DNA from: Gekko japonicus
Taxonomy: Eukaryota
DNA: 64,000 nucleotides
Reading direction: 5' to 3'
NCBI RefSeq assembly: GCF_001447785.1
Contig: NW_015164754.1
Location: forward strand, 42,749 to 106,748
Both the position numbers and the translations under genes were made by a program. Shown one piece after another: positions 50,801 to 62,320 of this stretch (position 1 is the first letter of the stretch; each line of letters opens with the position of its first letter). The notes under the pieces were generated by a model, which worked only from the letters and a program-made list of their open reading frames with translations, was not told where the DNA came from and did not search any database.

Positions 50801-53800
50801 CTGGCAATTAACCACCCCCCACCTGTTTCAGTCTCTATCTGAGGAAGAGTGTTTGCACATGAAAACTCATTATCTTGAATAAAACTTTGTTGGACTTCAA
50901 GGTGCCCCTGGACTCAAACTTTGTTTTGGATCTCCCAATGTTTTACTTTGAAGTGGCCGCCAGGGGCGCCAAAACTAATCAGAGTGACATGGTAGGAGAG
51001 AGGGTGTAATCACTCCCGCCAGACTGTTCACATGATCTAAGACGCATGTGACATTTTTTTTTGTAGAAAAAGCCCAGCAGGAACTCATTAGCATAATAGG
51101 CCACACCCGACAGCAGGAACTCATTAGCATATTAGGCTGCACCCCTGGCAGCACATCTTATTAGCTTATTAGGCCAAACCCCAAGCCTTCCCTTGGTTTG
51201 CCCAGGCAAGCTGGCCCTTGGAGGGGAGGGGAGGCAATTTAAACTGCCTTCCCTTGGCTTGCCTGTGGGGCACCTGGGCAAGCCGGCCCTTGGAAAGGCC
51301 GGGGAAGACTCTGAGTAAATGCCTCCCCAATCCTTCCAGGCCCCCCCGGCCCACCTAACTTGGAGTCGCTGGGTGGGGGGTCGCTCTCCAGGCCTTCCCC
51401 CTGTAGCCATGCATGCAGAGGTTTTGGCTGTAGTGGGCGTGGCCAACTCTGAAGCCAGCTGGAACTCCGTTCCTGTGTGTTCTTCCCCAAAAATAGCCCT
51501 GCGCACATCTCCCTTGAAGCTCCAACTCCTAGGGGGAAAAATATGGCTCCTTGAGGTGAAAACAAGACTGTCAGATCATTCTAGTTGTAAATCTCCCATG
51601 GCATGTTAGATGTAGTTTGGCCCAGAGTCTCAGTAGAGCACTTATGTGCACTTACCATTGGGGGAAAAAAATATACATGGGGGGGGGGGAAGGAGGAGGA
51701 GAATGGGAACATAGGGAGGGTGCAGCATCTTAAAGACAGAATAAGTAAACAGGACAGAAATAAATATCAGCAGAAATGTTGGCCTTCAGACCAAAAGATC
51801 TTTTAGCCTTTGTTCTCCCGCTTCTACTGCCATTAATGGTTCAGGGAAAGAAATCCCGCTTTAGCTGCCTTGATGGTTCTTCACTAAAAGTTGCTGGCAC
51901 GTCAATATTGTTTTGCTAAAACATCAAATGTTGAAGAGACGTACTGCAGGATGGCGAAGAGGTGACTGACCTCCCAGCAGCATCTGGATTCCAAGCTTCT
52001 GATAGAGAATCTGCTGAAAAGCAGGTACTACTTTTTATGTGACCGGAGTAGGTACTGGACAACAATCCTCCCTGTAGGTTGCGGAGTCTTGTTAGCAAAA
52101 ACTCTAGTTTGTGAGCTACTGGGCATTAAAGTTGTGAGCAAGCGAATTTGGCTACTGCATAAATGAGTTTGCTCTGGAGCCCTCCTTCCTGAGCGGAGAC
52201 AAAAGTTTGTGAGCTGGAGGCTAAAAGACTGTGAGCTACTGCACACTAACTCAGCTTTGAGGGAACGCTAGACACAGGACAGTCACCTACAATAAGTGGC
52301 ACGATAGGTACAGAGAGACATTTCCAGAGCCGATCATTTCACCTATGCCGGTCTGCAGTAGAAGAGCCTAGATTTGAGTTCAATAGCACCTTAGAGACCA
52401 ACAACATCTGGAAGGTATACGTTTTTGAACGTTCAGGCTCCCTGATGAAGGGTCTCTAGCAATGCTCCCTCTAAGCTGTGGAGTCTTGTGAGCAAAAATT
52501 CTCCTTTGTGAGCTCCTGGCATTAAAGTTGTGAGCCAGCGATTTGGCTCCCGCATAAATTAGTTTGCTCCGGAGCCACCCTTCCTGAGCTAAGACAAAAA
52601 TGTGTGAGTCGGAGGCTAAAAAACTGTGAGCTAGCTCACACTAACTCAGCTTAGAGGGAACACTGGTCTCTAGTATCTGAAGAAGGGCGATTTGACTTTC
52701 AAAGGCTTATATCCTAAACATCCTGATAATCTCTCAAGTGCTACTAGACTCAAATCTAGATTTTCGGAGCAGTTCCCCCTGCTTGCTTGATCGATTCGGC
52801 ACACTGGGCGAAAGTTCGCTTTGACTAGAGAGGTGACCACCTGGCAGCAGGGGCAGATCTACTATGAAACTAATGAAGCTTAAGCTTCAGGGCCCCTAAT
52901 CCTGGAAGGGCCCTGAAGGAATTTTTTTGTTTAATGAGTGAATTTTTGAACAAAATTGATGGAGGTTTTAAATGTGCTTGTTAATAAAATAAGACTATTA
53001 TAGTGACAGAATCATAAGCCAATGGGTTGAAGTAATTAATATTGACCGTAGCTTTGGTACTGAAAATGGATTTAAACTGGTTGAATGAAAATCTGGAAGG
53101 AGGTAAACAATGGACCTTTCAATATCGGGGTAGGGGGGACAGAGACTGTGGTGGGGGGAAACCCCTTTATGAGGAACTACTAGAAAGGAGATAGGAGGAA
53201 AGCCAGGGGTGGATTTTTAAGGAGAAAGACTGTACTCTCTGATTATACATCATGTCGGTCAAAGAAACTGAAGGTGGGAAGCTGTTGTCTAGTCTTTTCT
53301 AAGTTTGTGTATGGGGGGAGGGTATATCATCCATGACAGACAAAAGGATACATTTATCTACATAAAGTAAAGGTAAAGGTTCCCTTGCTCGCAAGCCAGT
53401 TGAATCCAACTCTAGGGTTGCGGTGCTCATCTCCATTTCATAGCCGAAGAGCCAGCGCTGTCTGAAGACGTTTCCGTGGTTGTGTGGCTGGCATGACTAA
53501 ACACCAAGGCGCACGGAACACTGTTACCTTCCCACCGAAGTGGTACCTATTTATCTACTTGCAATTTCTTGCTTTCGAACTGCTAGGTTGACGGGAGCTC
53601 ACTCCATCATGTGGCACCCGGGTCTCAAACTGCTCAACTACTGACCTTCCACAGCCTGCAGTTCAGCATCTTAACCACTTGAGCCACCGCAGCGCCTATC
53701 TACATAGCAAGTGCTTAAAATGTGGAATTAGCTGCCAGAGGATATTGTGATGGCCACAGGCCACAAAAGGGAATTGGATAGATTCATGGAGGACAGGACT

Positions 53801-54290
53801 ATCAGTGACTACTAGCCTTGGTGACTGAAGGCAACCTCCACATTCAGTGGTGGTCAACCTCTAGTTCAGTGCCAGAAGGAAACATTAGGGGAGGCCTCGG
53901 CATCTAGTCCCTGTCGTTGGACTCTCACAGTAAGGTGTTGGCCATGGTGTGAGACAGGATGGGCCACTGGTATGATCCAGCAGGGCTCTTCTTATGTTCT
54001 TATGTTCATTCAGCTGTATTGAAAAGATAGTTTGTCCATTGTCAGAAACATTTTTCTTCACATAATCCTTGAATGAGTCTTGGACATGAAGCTGGGTTGA
54101 AAAGCCTTGAATGCCACTTCTCTGTATTCTTAAATGAATGGGAAAAACCAGTAGACCTGGATTCAGGATGTCCCTCACAATGGTGCATTTCAAGGTTCTA
54201 ACATATCCACAGAAAATTGTATTTCTCAATTCCTCCATTTGTATTATTCCAATCATTTTTTCCCCCTTTGCAGGGCTCCGTAGTGCATCA

Positions 54291-55217
54291 ATGGAATGTG
54301 AAAACCAGTCTCTTTTGACTGACCTTATCCTCTTGGGCATCCCCTACCCTCAGGGATTTCATGTCCCTTTGTTTCTCTTCTTCCTGATCATCTACTTGCT
54401 GACCATCGTGGGGAATATCCTGGTCCTCTTGACTGTGGCCTCAGAACCTCAGCTGCATAAGCCCATGTATTGGTTTCTCTGTCATTTGTCCATTTTGGAC
54501 ATTGCAATGTCCACTGTGATAGTGCCCAAGGTGATCGCTGGATTTGTAGAAGGCGGTAAAGTCATCTCCTTTGGCAGTTGCAAGACTCAGCTCTTCTTCT
54601 ACCATTTCCTGGGCTCCACAGAGTGCTTCTTGTACACTGTGATGGCCTACGACCGCTTCCTGGCCATCTGCAGACCTCTCCATTATAATGCAGACATGAA
54701 CCACAGAGCATGCCTCTGCCTTTCCTTTGGTGCATGGTTTTGTGGCTGTGTGCATTCAGTCCTGGAAACAACCCTCACCTTCAGCTTGCCGTATGGCACG
54801 AAGAACCAAGTCAACTATATCTTCTGTGATATACCTGCCATGCTGAAGCTGGCCTGTGGAGACACAAAGTTCAATGAGATGTTTACCTTTGTAGATGTTG
54901 GTCTAGTGGCCATGATCTGTATCTTCTTGATACTGATGTCCTATATGTACATTGTTTCTACCATCCTGAGGATCCACTCGACGGAAGGGCGCCGTCGGGC
55001 GTTCTCCACATGTGCTGCTCATATCATTGTGGTGATGACGTGCTATGTGCCTCTGGCTTTCAACTACATGAGACCAGGGGCTCAAGATCTTCTGAGTAAA
55101 GTGGTAGCTATCTTCTACTCCACACTGACACCACTTCTAAACCCAGTCATATACACACTAAGGAACAAGGAGATGAAGGATGCTATGCTTAAACTTAGGG
55201 TAAAGAAACCACAGTGA
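54291..55217 (+). CDS. Class II olfactory receptor, OR10G-like
   Basis: 308 aa from MECENQS (acceptor tccccctttgcag| ending at 54273): GIPYP, FYHFLGSTECFLY, CDIPA.LKLAC, TFVDVG, EGRRRAFSTC. Confidence 0.88.
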   Translation: MECENQSLLTDLILLGIPYPQGFHVPLFLFFLIIYLLTIVGNILVLLTVASEPQLHKPMYWFLCHLSILDIAMSTVIVPKVIAGFVEGGKVISFGSCKTQLFFYHFLGSTECFLYTVMAYDRFLAICRPLHYNADMNHRACLCLSFGAWFCGCVHSVLETTLTFSLPYGTKNQVNYIFCDIPAMLKLACGDTKFNEMFTFVDVGLVAMICIFLILMSYMYIVSTILRIHSTEGRRRAFSTCAAHIIVVMTCYVPLAFNYMRPGAQDLLSKVVAIFYSTLTPLLNPVIYTLRNKEMKDAMLKLRVKKPQ

Positions 55218-56239
55218 GGTGGATCCAAAGCATCTTCCCATACCTTCCCGCCTGGAAATTAAGATCACAGGAAGAGGCCATTCTGACTGTCCCTTCCATC
55301 AAAGACGTTCATTTGGTGGGTACACAAGAGAGGACCTTTTCCGTGGCAGCCACACGATTATGGAACAACCTCAGGGAGGTGAACCTTGCCAGGGTGTTCT
55401 AGCTGATAAGAGTGGTGGACTCTAATCTGGAGAACCGAGTTTGATTCCTCACTCCCCCACATGAAGCCAGCTGAGTGACCTTGGGTCAGTTACCATTCTC
55501 TCAGAACTCTCTCCTACCTCACAGGGGAGAGTTGTGGGGAGAGGAAGGGAAGGTGATTGTAAGCTGCTCTGAGACTCCCCCCTCCCTTTCAGTCTTTAAC
55601 AGGCAGTTGAGGATGGGTTTATTTAGGACTGCACTGGATTAATTTTTTTTGATGTATTTTATTTTGTGAATTTTATCTATATTGTAAGCCAGCTTGAGCT
55701 CCATAAAGAAGAAAGGTGCCTAAAAATGCCTAAAATGAATGAATGAATCAATTAAGGGGTCTTCTTTCAGCCTTTTCCAGTTGGCTGTTCCACCAACAGA
55801 AGAGCAACTTAAGTTGGGGAAGGTACCTTGGGAAAGAAGAAGAAGAAGAAGAAGAAGAAGAAGAAGAAGAAAAGTTGGATTTATACCCTGCCCTTCACTC
55901 AGAGTTGAGGCTTACAATCTTTTCCCCTTCCTCTCCCCACAGAAGACACCCTGTAAGGTAGGTGGGGCCGAGAGAGCTCTGAGAGAACTGCCCTTGAGAG
56001 AACAGCTCTGAGACAGCTGTGACTGACCCAAGGTCACCCAGTTGGCTTCATGTGGAGGAGTGGAGAATCAAACCCGGTTCTCCAGATTAGAGTCGGCCAC
56101 TCTTAAGCATGACATCAAACTGGCAATCCCCTTCTCCATAAGAAATTTCCTTCTTAGCGATCTCTGAGAAACATTTTAACAAGTCCTAACCGCACTCAAC
56201 TTCTGTGATCTGATGAGACTGGGCTAGCCTGGGATATCC

Positions 56240-59200
56240 TGGAAGCTGGCATCCCTATCGTTATATAGCATTAGACAGGGCTATTTTTGGGCAGGACGCA
56301 CAGGAACGGAGTTCCGGCAGGCTTCCAAGTTGGCCACGCCCAGCAGGAACTCATTAGCATAACAAGACACACCCAGCTGTGCTGTAATAGGTGTGGCCTA
56401 ATATGCTAATAGGTTTCTGCTGTCGGGTGTGGCCTATTATGCTAATGAGTTCCTGCTGGGCTTTTTCCACAAAAAAAGCCCTGGCATTAGAAAAAGGGGA
56501 GTTGTAACTAATCTCCATGCAAATATGATCCATCCTTTGGACCTATCCGCACCACAACAGAAAGGGACATGTAATCCACACTTCTGAAGGAGGTAGAATA
56601 TGGAGCAGGGCCTCAAGTGAAGACCATCTGATACCATTCTGAAATTGGTTATTAGCTCTAAATATATTATTAAATACTAAATGTTAGTTCTAAACATGTT
56701 CCGGCTTGGGAATTAAAATAACAGGGAGTATTTATTGCTCAGTTACTTATACATCTTCTTGGCAACTAACCTCCCCTACCTGTTTCAGTCTCTATCTGAG
56801 GAAGAGTGTTTGCACACGAAAACTCATATCTTGAATAAAACTTTGTTGGGCTTAAAGGGGCCTCTGGACTCAAACTTTGTTCTTGGTGTCCCAATGTTTT
56901 ACTTCAAAGTGGCCGCCAGGGGCTCCAAATCTAACAAGAGTGCCACTGTAGGAGAGGGTATAATCATTCCTGCCAAGCTGTTTACGTGATCTAAGACTCC
57001 CATCTCCCTTGAAGCTCCAACACCTAGGGAAAAACAAATATGGCTGCCAGAGGTGAAAACAAGACTGTCGGGACAATTCTCCCATGCCATGTAAGATGTA
57101 GTTTGGCCCAGAGTCTCAGCAGAGCAGTTATGTGCACTGACCATGGGGGAAACAAAAATAATACGTGAGGGGAAAAAAGGAGAAGAATGGGAATATAGGG
57201 AGGGTGCAGCATCTTAAAGACAGGATAAGTAAACAGGACAGAAATAAATACCAGCAGAAATGTTGGTCTTCAGACCAAAAGATCTTTTAGTCTTTGTTCT
57301 CCTGCTTCTACTGCCATTAATGGTTCAGGGAAAGAAATCCCGCTTTAGCTGCCTTGATGGTTCCTCACTAAGAGTTGCTGGCACGTCAATAGTGTTTTAG
57401 CTAAAACATGGATGGATGAAGAGATGTACTGCAGAATGGCGAAGAGGTGGCTGAGTTCCCATCAGCGTCTGGATTCCAAGCTTCTGATGTAGAATCTGCT
57501 GGAAAGCAGGTACTACCTTTTAGGTGACCGGAGTACGTACTGGACAACAATCCTCCCTCAAAGCTGTGGAGTCTTTTTTTTTTTTTTGGTAAACAAATTT
57601 TTATTATTTTCCATAAGTTTTACAGTTAACCATTTCCAATTTTCCATTATTCACCTATATCCATTTCCTCCCCTCCCTCCTGTGGCTTCCCGCAATGCTT
57701 CCCCCTTACCCTCCACATTATTATATATCATCGATTATATCATTTTTCTTATCGTTACAGTTTTAAGATAACATCATTTAGCCTAATATTGATCTAAACA
57801 TATTAAATTTTGTTTCACATCCCAGTTCTTTTCCAGATAAATTTTAAAGTCATTCCATTCTTCAAAAAATACGTTGTCTTCTTTGCCGTTCAACTTTTTT
57901 GTGATTTTGTCCATTTCAGCCATGAACAGAACTTTTTGTATCCAATCTTCAATCTCTGGTACTTTCTCTGTTTTCCAAAATTGTGCATACAACATTCTCG
58001 CTGTTGTTATTAAGTACCAAAGTAAAGTCTTTTTAGTCGTGTTCACTTCTTCTATTTTAAGACCCAAAAGCAGAATTTCGGGTGCTTTTTTAAAAGAGCA
58101 TTTCAATATTTTTTGCATTTCATTGTGGACTTTTGTCCAAAAGTCTGCAGCTTTTTCACAAGTCCACCACATATGGTAAAATGAGCCCTCATGACTCTTA
58201 CATTTCCAACATTTGTTTGACATATTCTGATTCATATTTGCAATTTTCTTCGGAGTCATGTACCACCTATACATCATTTTAAAACAGTTCTCTCTGACAT
58301 TGGTACAAGTCGATATCTTAATAGAGTTTTTCCACAAATATTCCCAAGTTTCAATAGTCACTTCCCTATTCATATTTATTGCCCNNNNNNNNNNNNNNNN
58401 NNNNNNNNNNNNNNNNNNNNNNNNNNNNNNNNNNNNNNNNNNNNNNNNNNNNNNNNNNNNNNNNNNNNNNNNNNNNNNNNNNNNNNNNNNNNNNNNNNNN
58501 NNNNNNNNNNNNNNNNNNNNNNNNNNNNNNNNNNNNNNNNNNNNNNNNNNNNNNNNNNNNNNNNNNNNNNNNNNNNNNNNNNNNNNNNNNNNNNNNNNNN
58601 NNNNNNNNNNNNNNNNNNNNNNNNNNNNNNNNNNNNNNNNNNNNNNNNNNNNNNNNNNNNNNNNNNNNNNNNNNNNNNNNNNNNNNNNNNNNNNNNNNNN
58701 NNNNNNNNNNNNNNNNNNNNNNNNNNNNNNNNNNNNNNNNNNNNNNNNNNNNNNNNNNNNNNNNNNNNNNNNNNNNNNNNNNNNNNNNNNNNNNNNNNNN
58801 NNNNNNNNNNNNNNNNNNNNNNNNNNNNNNNNNNNNNNNNNNNNNNNNNNNNNNNNNNNNNNNNNNNNNNNNNNNNNNNNNNNNNNNNNNNNNNNNNNNN
58901 NNNNNNNNNNNNNNNNNNNNNNNNNNNNNNNNNNNNNNNNNNNNNNNNNNNNNNNNNNNNNNNNNNNNNNNNNNNNNNNNNNNNNNNNNNNNNNNNNNNN
59001 NNNNNNNNNNNNNNNNNNNNNNNNNNNNNNNNNNNNNNNNNNNNNNNNNNNNNNNNNNNNNNNNNNNNNNNNNNNNNNNNNNNNNNNNNNNNNNNNNNNN
59101 NNNNNNNNNNNNNNNNNNNNNNNNNNNNNNNNNNNNNNNNNNNNNNNNNNNNNNNNNNNNNNNNNNNNNNNNNNNNNNNNNNNNNNNNNNNNNNNNNNNN

Positions 59201-61125
59201 NNNNNNNNNNNNNNNNNNNNNNNNNNNNNNNNNNNNNNNNNNNNNNNNNNNNNNNNNNNNNNNNNNNNNNNNNNNNNNNNNNNNNNNNNNNNNNNNNNNN
59301 NNNNNNNNNNNNNNNNNNNNNNNNNNNNNNNNNNNNNNNNNNNNNNNNNNNNNNNNNNNNNNNNNNNNNNNNNNNNNNACCTGCAAGGCCGGCGGGAGTG
59401 CAAGGAAGCCCCGCGAAGGCCCTCCCTGGCCCCAGGCAGGCAGGGGTGGGGAGAGGCAGGGAGGAAGCAACTTACTCTCCCTCTTCTCCTGCCTCCTCCT
59501 GGCTGAATGAGGGCTGGAAGCGGGGCGGCCGGAATGACCTCTGGCTAAGACAAAAATGTGTGAGCCAGAGGCTAAAAAACTGTGAGCTAGTGCACACTAA
59601 CTCAGCTTAGAGGAAACACTAGACACAGGACAGTCTCCTGCAACAAGTGGCACGACTGGTACAGAGAGGCATTTTCAGAGCAGATCGTTTCACCTGTGCC
59701 AGTCTGCAGTAGAAGAGCCTAGATTTGAGTTCTATAGCACCTTAGAGACCAACAAAATCTGGAGGGTATCAATTTTTGAGCGATCAAAGCTCCCTGGTGA
59801 AGGGTACCTGGTCTCTGAAGAATGGATATTTGACTTTCAAAAGCTTATACCCTGAAAATCTTGATGGTCTCTAAAGTGCGAAGGTACTCAAATCTAGATT
59901 TTCAGAGCAGTTCCTTCTGCTTGCTTGATAGATTCGGCACACTCGGCGAAAGTTTGCTTTGACTAGAGAGGTGACCACTTGGCAGCAGGGGCAGATCTAC
60001 TATGAAACGAATGAAGCTTAAGCTAAAGGTCCAAAAATCCTGGAACGGCCCTGAAGCAACTTCTTTGCTTAATGAGTGAATTTTTCAACAAAACTTAGGG
60101 AGAGGAAACCACAGTGAGATGGATCCAGAGCATCCTCCCATCCCTTCCTGCCTGGAAATTAAGATCACAGGGAGAGGCCATTCTGACTGTCCCTTCCATC
60201 AAGGAAGTTCATTTGGTGGGTACATGAGAGAGGACTTCTTAAGTGGCAGCGACACGATTATGGAACAAGCTCAGGGAGGTGCACCTTGCCAGGGTGGTGT
60301 ACTGGATAAGAGCACCAGACTCTGATCTGGAGAACCGAGTTTGTTTCCACATTTCTCCATGTGTAGCCAGGTGGGTGACCTTGGGTCAGTCACCATTCTC
60401 TCAGAACTCTCTCAGCCCCACCTACCTCTCAGGGTGTCTGTTGTGGGGAGAGGAAGGGAAGGTGATTATAAGCCACTCTGAGACTCCCTTGGGTAGTGAA
60501 GAGCGGGATATAAAAATGAATTCTTCTTCTTTTCTTCTTCATCTTCTTCTTCTTCTTCCCCCCTTACTTTTGATCTTTAGCAGGCAGTTGAAGATGGTTT
60601 TATTTAGGACTACATTTGATTAATTTGTTTTTAATGTATTCTATTTTGTGAATCTTATCTATATTGTTAACCATGTTTAGCTCCCGAAAGAAGAAAGGTA
60701 CCTAATAAAGGCCTAAAATGAATGAATTAATTAAGGAGTCTGCTTCCAGCCTATGGGGCCTTTTCCAGGTGGCTGTTCTACCAATGGAACAGCAACTTAA
60801 GTAAGTGGAAGGTACCTTGGGATAGAAGAAGAAAAAGAAGTAGAGGAGGAGGAGGAGGAGAAGAAGAAGAAGAAAAAGAAGAGGAGGAGGAGGAAGAGTT
60901 GGATTTATACCCAACCCTTCACTCAAAATCTCAGAGTGCCTTACACTCTCCTTCCCTTCCTCTCCCCATAACAGAAACCCTGTGAGGTAGGTGGGGCTGA
61001 GAGAGCTCTGAGAGAACTGCTCTTGAGAGAACAGGTCTGGGAGGACTGTGATTGACCCAAGGTGACTCAGCTGGTTTCATGTGGAGGAGTGGAGAATCAA
61101 ACCTGGTTCTCCAGATTAGAGTCCA
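56240..61125 (+). pseudogene. Tandem duplicate of the OR10G-like unit (49825-56100) with the coding exon deleted
   Basis: Collinear match to 49825-52955, then a jump at ~60092 to sequence matching 55191 onward (the last ~8 codons and 3' flank). Confidence 0.85.
57574..58384 (-). mobile_element. L1-clade LINE 3' end, same young family as 34445 (runs into an N gap)
   Basis: Nearly identical ORF2 C-terminus and 3' UTR; poly(A) tail; inserted in a MITE. Confidence 0.92.
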
Positions 61126-61769
61126 TATTAGAGGAAGGTTTAAGATTTGGCTCAGGGGGGTGAAAGGACAGGTGTAAGAACCACCCCAGTGTCTCTAGCC
61201 AAGAACACCATGCAAGCTTTCTGTGATCATTTCTGCTACTAGACGATGACTCTCCTCTTTTCCCCTTGTACTTATCCTACAGAATAACTAGACTAAATTT
61301 ATCAGATGTTATATTTTGAAAGATTAGTGAGGGTAACATAGTTTAGGCATGGATGGAATAGCGATATTCAATGCTTAACTGAGACAGGGCTTTGTGGATG
61401 TTGGGACTGGGGGAATGTGCTTCCGTGACAGAAATGAGGACTTTACTGGGTCCAGGAAAACCAAGCAATGACTGTGTTGCAAGCCCTTTATCATGAATAT
61501 GGACTCTGGGCTCTCTTTGTAGCAGGAACTCCTTTGCACATTAGGCGACACACCCCTAATGTAGCCAATCCTCCAAGAACTTACATAGCTCTTCTTACAG
61601 GGGCTACTGTAAGTTCTTGGGGGATTGGCTACATTGGGGGGGTGTCGACTAATATGCAAAGGAGTTCCTGCAACAAAAGGAGCCCTATGTTATGTCATTT
61701 TAGAAATAAAACAGGGAATGGATTTGAAGTAGAATGAAAGAGATCTCTTACCTCCTCAGTTTAAAGAAC

Positions 61770-62320
61770 TTCTAACTCAGAACAATGCTCTTCCAAATAT
61801 GGACATGGACTCTGGAACCAGGTCCTGCAACAATCCAAGATGCCAGCTCTGTCCCAGTGTTCATTCTAACAACATAATTCACCAAATCAACAACATGACC
61901 CATACCATCTCAGACTTGTTCACTTGTTCATCTGCCAGTGTTATATATGCCATCGAGTGTCACTAATGCCCTTGTACTCTCTACATTGGTCAAATAGATC
62001 AGTCCTTGTTGTTGTTGTTTAGTCTCACAGTCGAGTCCGACTCTTCGCGACCCCATGGACCAGATCACACCAGATCAGTCCTTGTACAAAACAATTAAAG
62101 GGCGTAAGTTTGACATTAAAAATCACAACACTCAAAACCCAGTGGGAGAACATTTTAATCTTCCCAGACACACCATTGCTGACCTAAAAGTGGCAGTCTT
62201 CAAACAGAGAAGCTTCAAGGGGAGATTACAATATGAGATTGCTGAATATGAGTTCATTCACAAATTCAGAAGAATGGCTTCCCCCACGGTTGAATAGGGA
62301 CATAAGGATCCTTTGCTCAC
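61770..62320 (+). mobile_element. Decayed Penelope-like element, GIY-YIG endonuclease region
   Basis: FTCSSASVIYAIEC..C...LYIGQ and PVGEHFNLPRHTIADLKV, with an internal stop. Interrupted by a ~65-bp BovB tail with TSD agatcagtccttgt. Confidence 0.75.

Noticed and set aside
55210-55250. CACAGTG at the OR10G stop codon (and at 60110)
   Set aside because: No nonamer at 12 or 23 nt.
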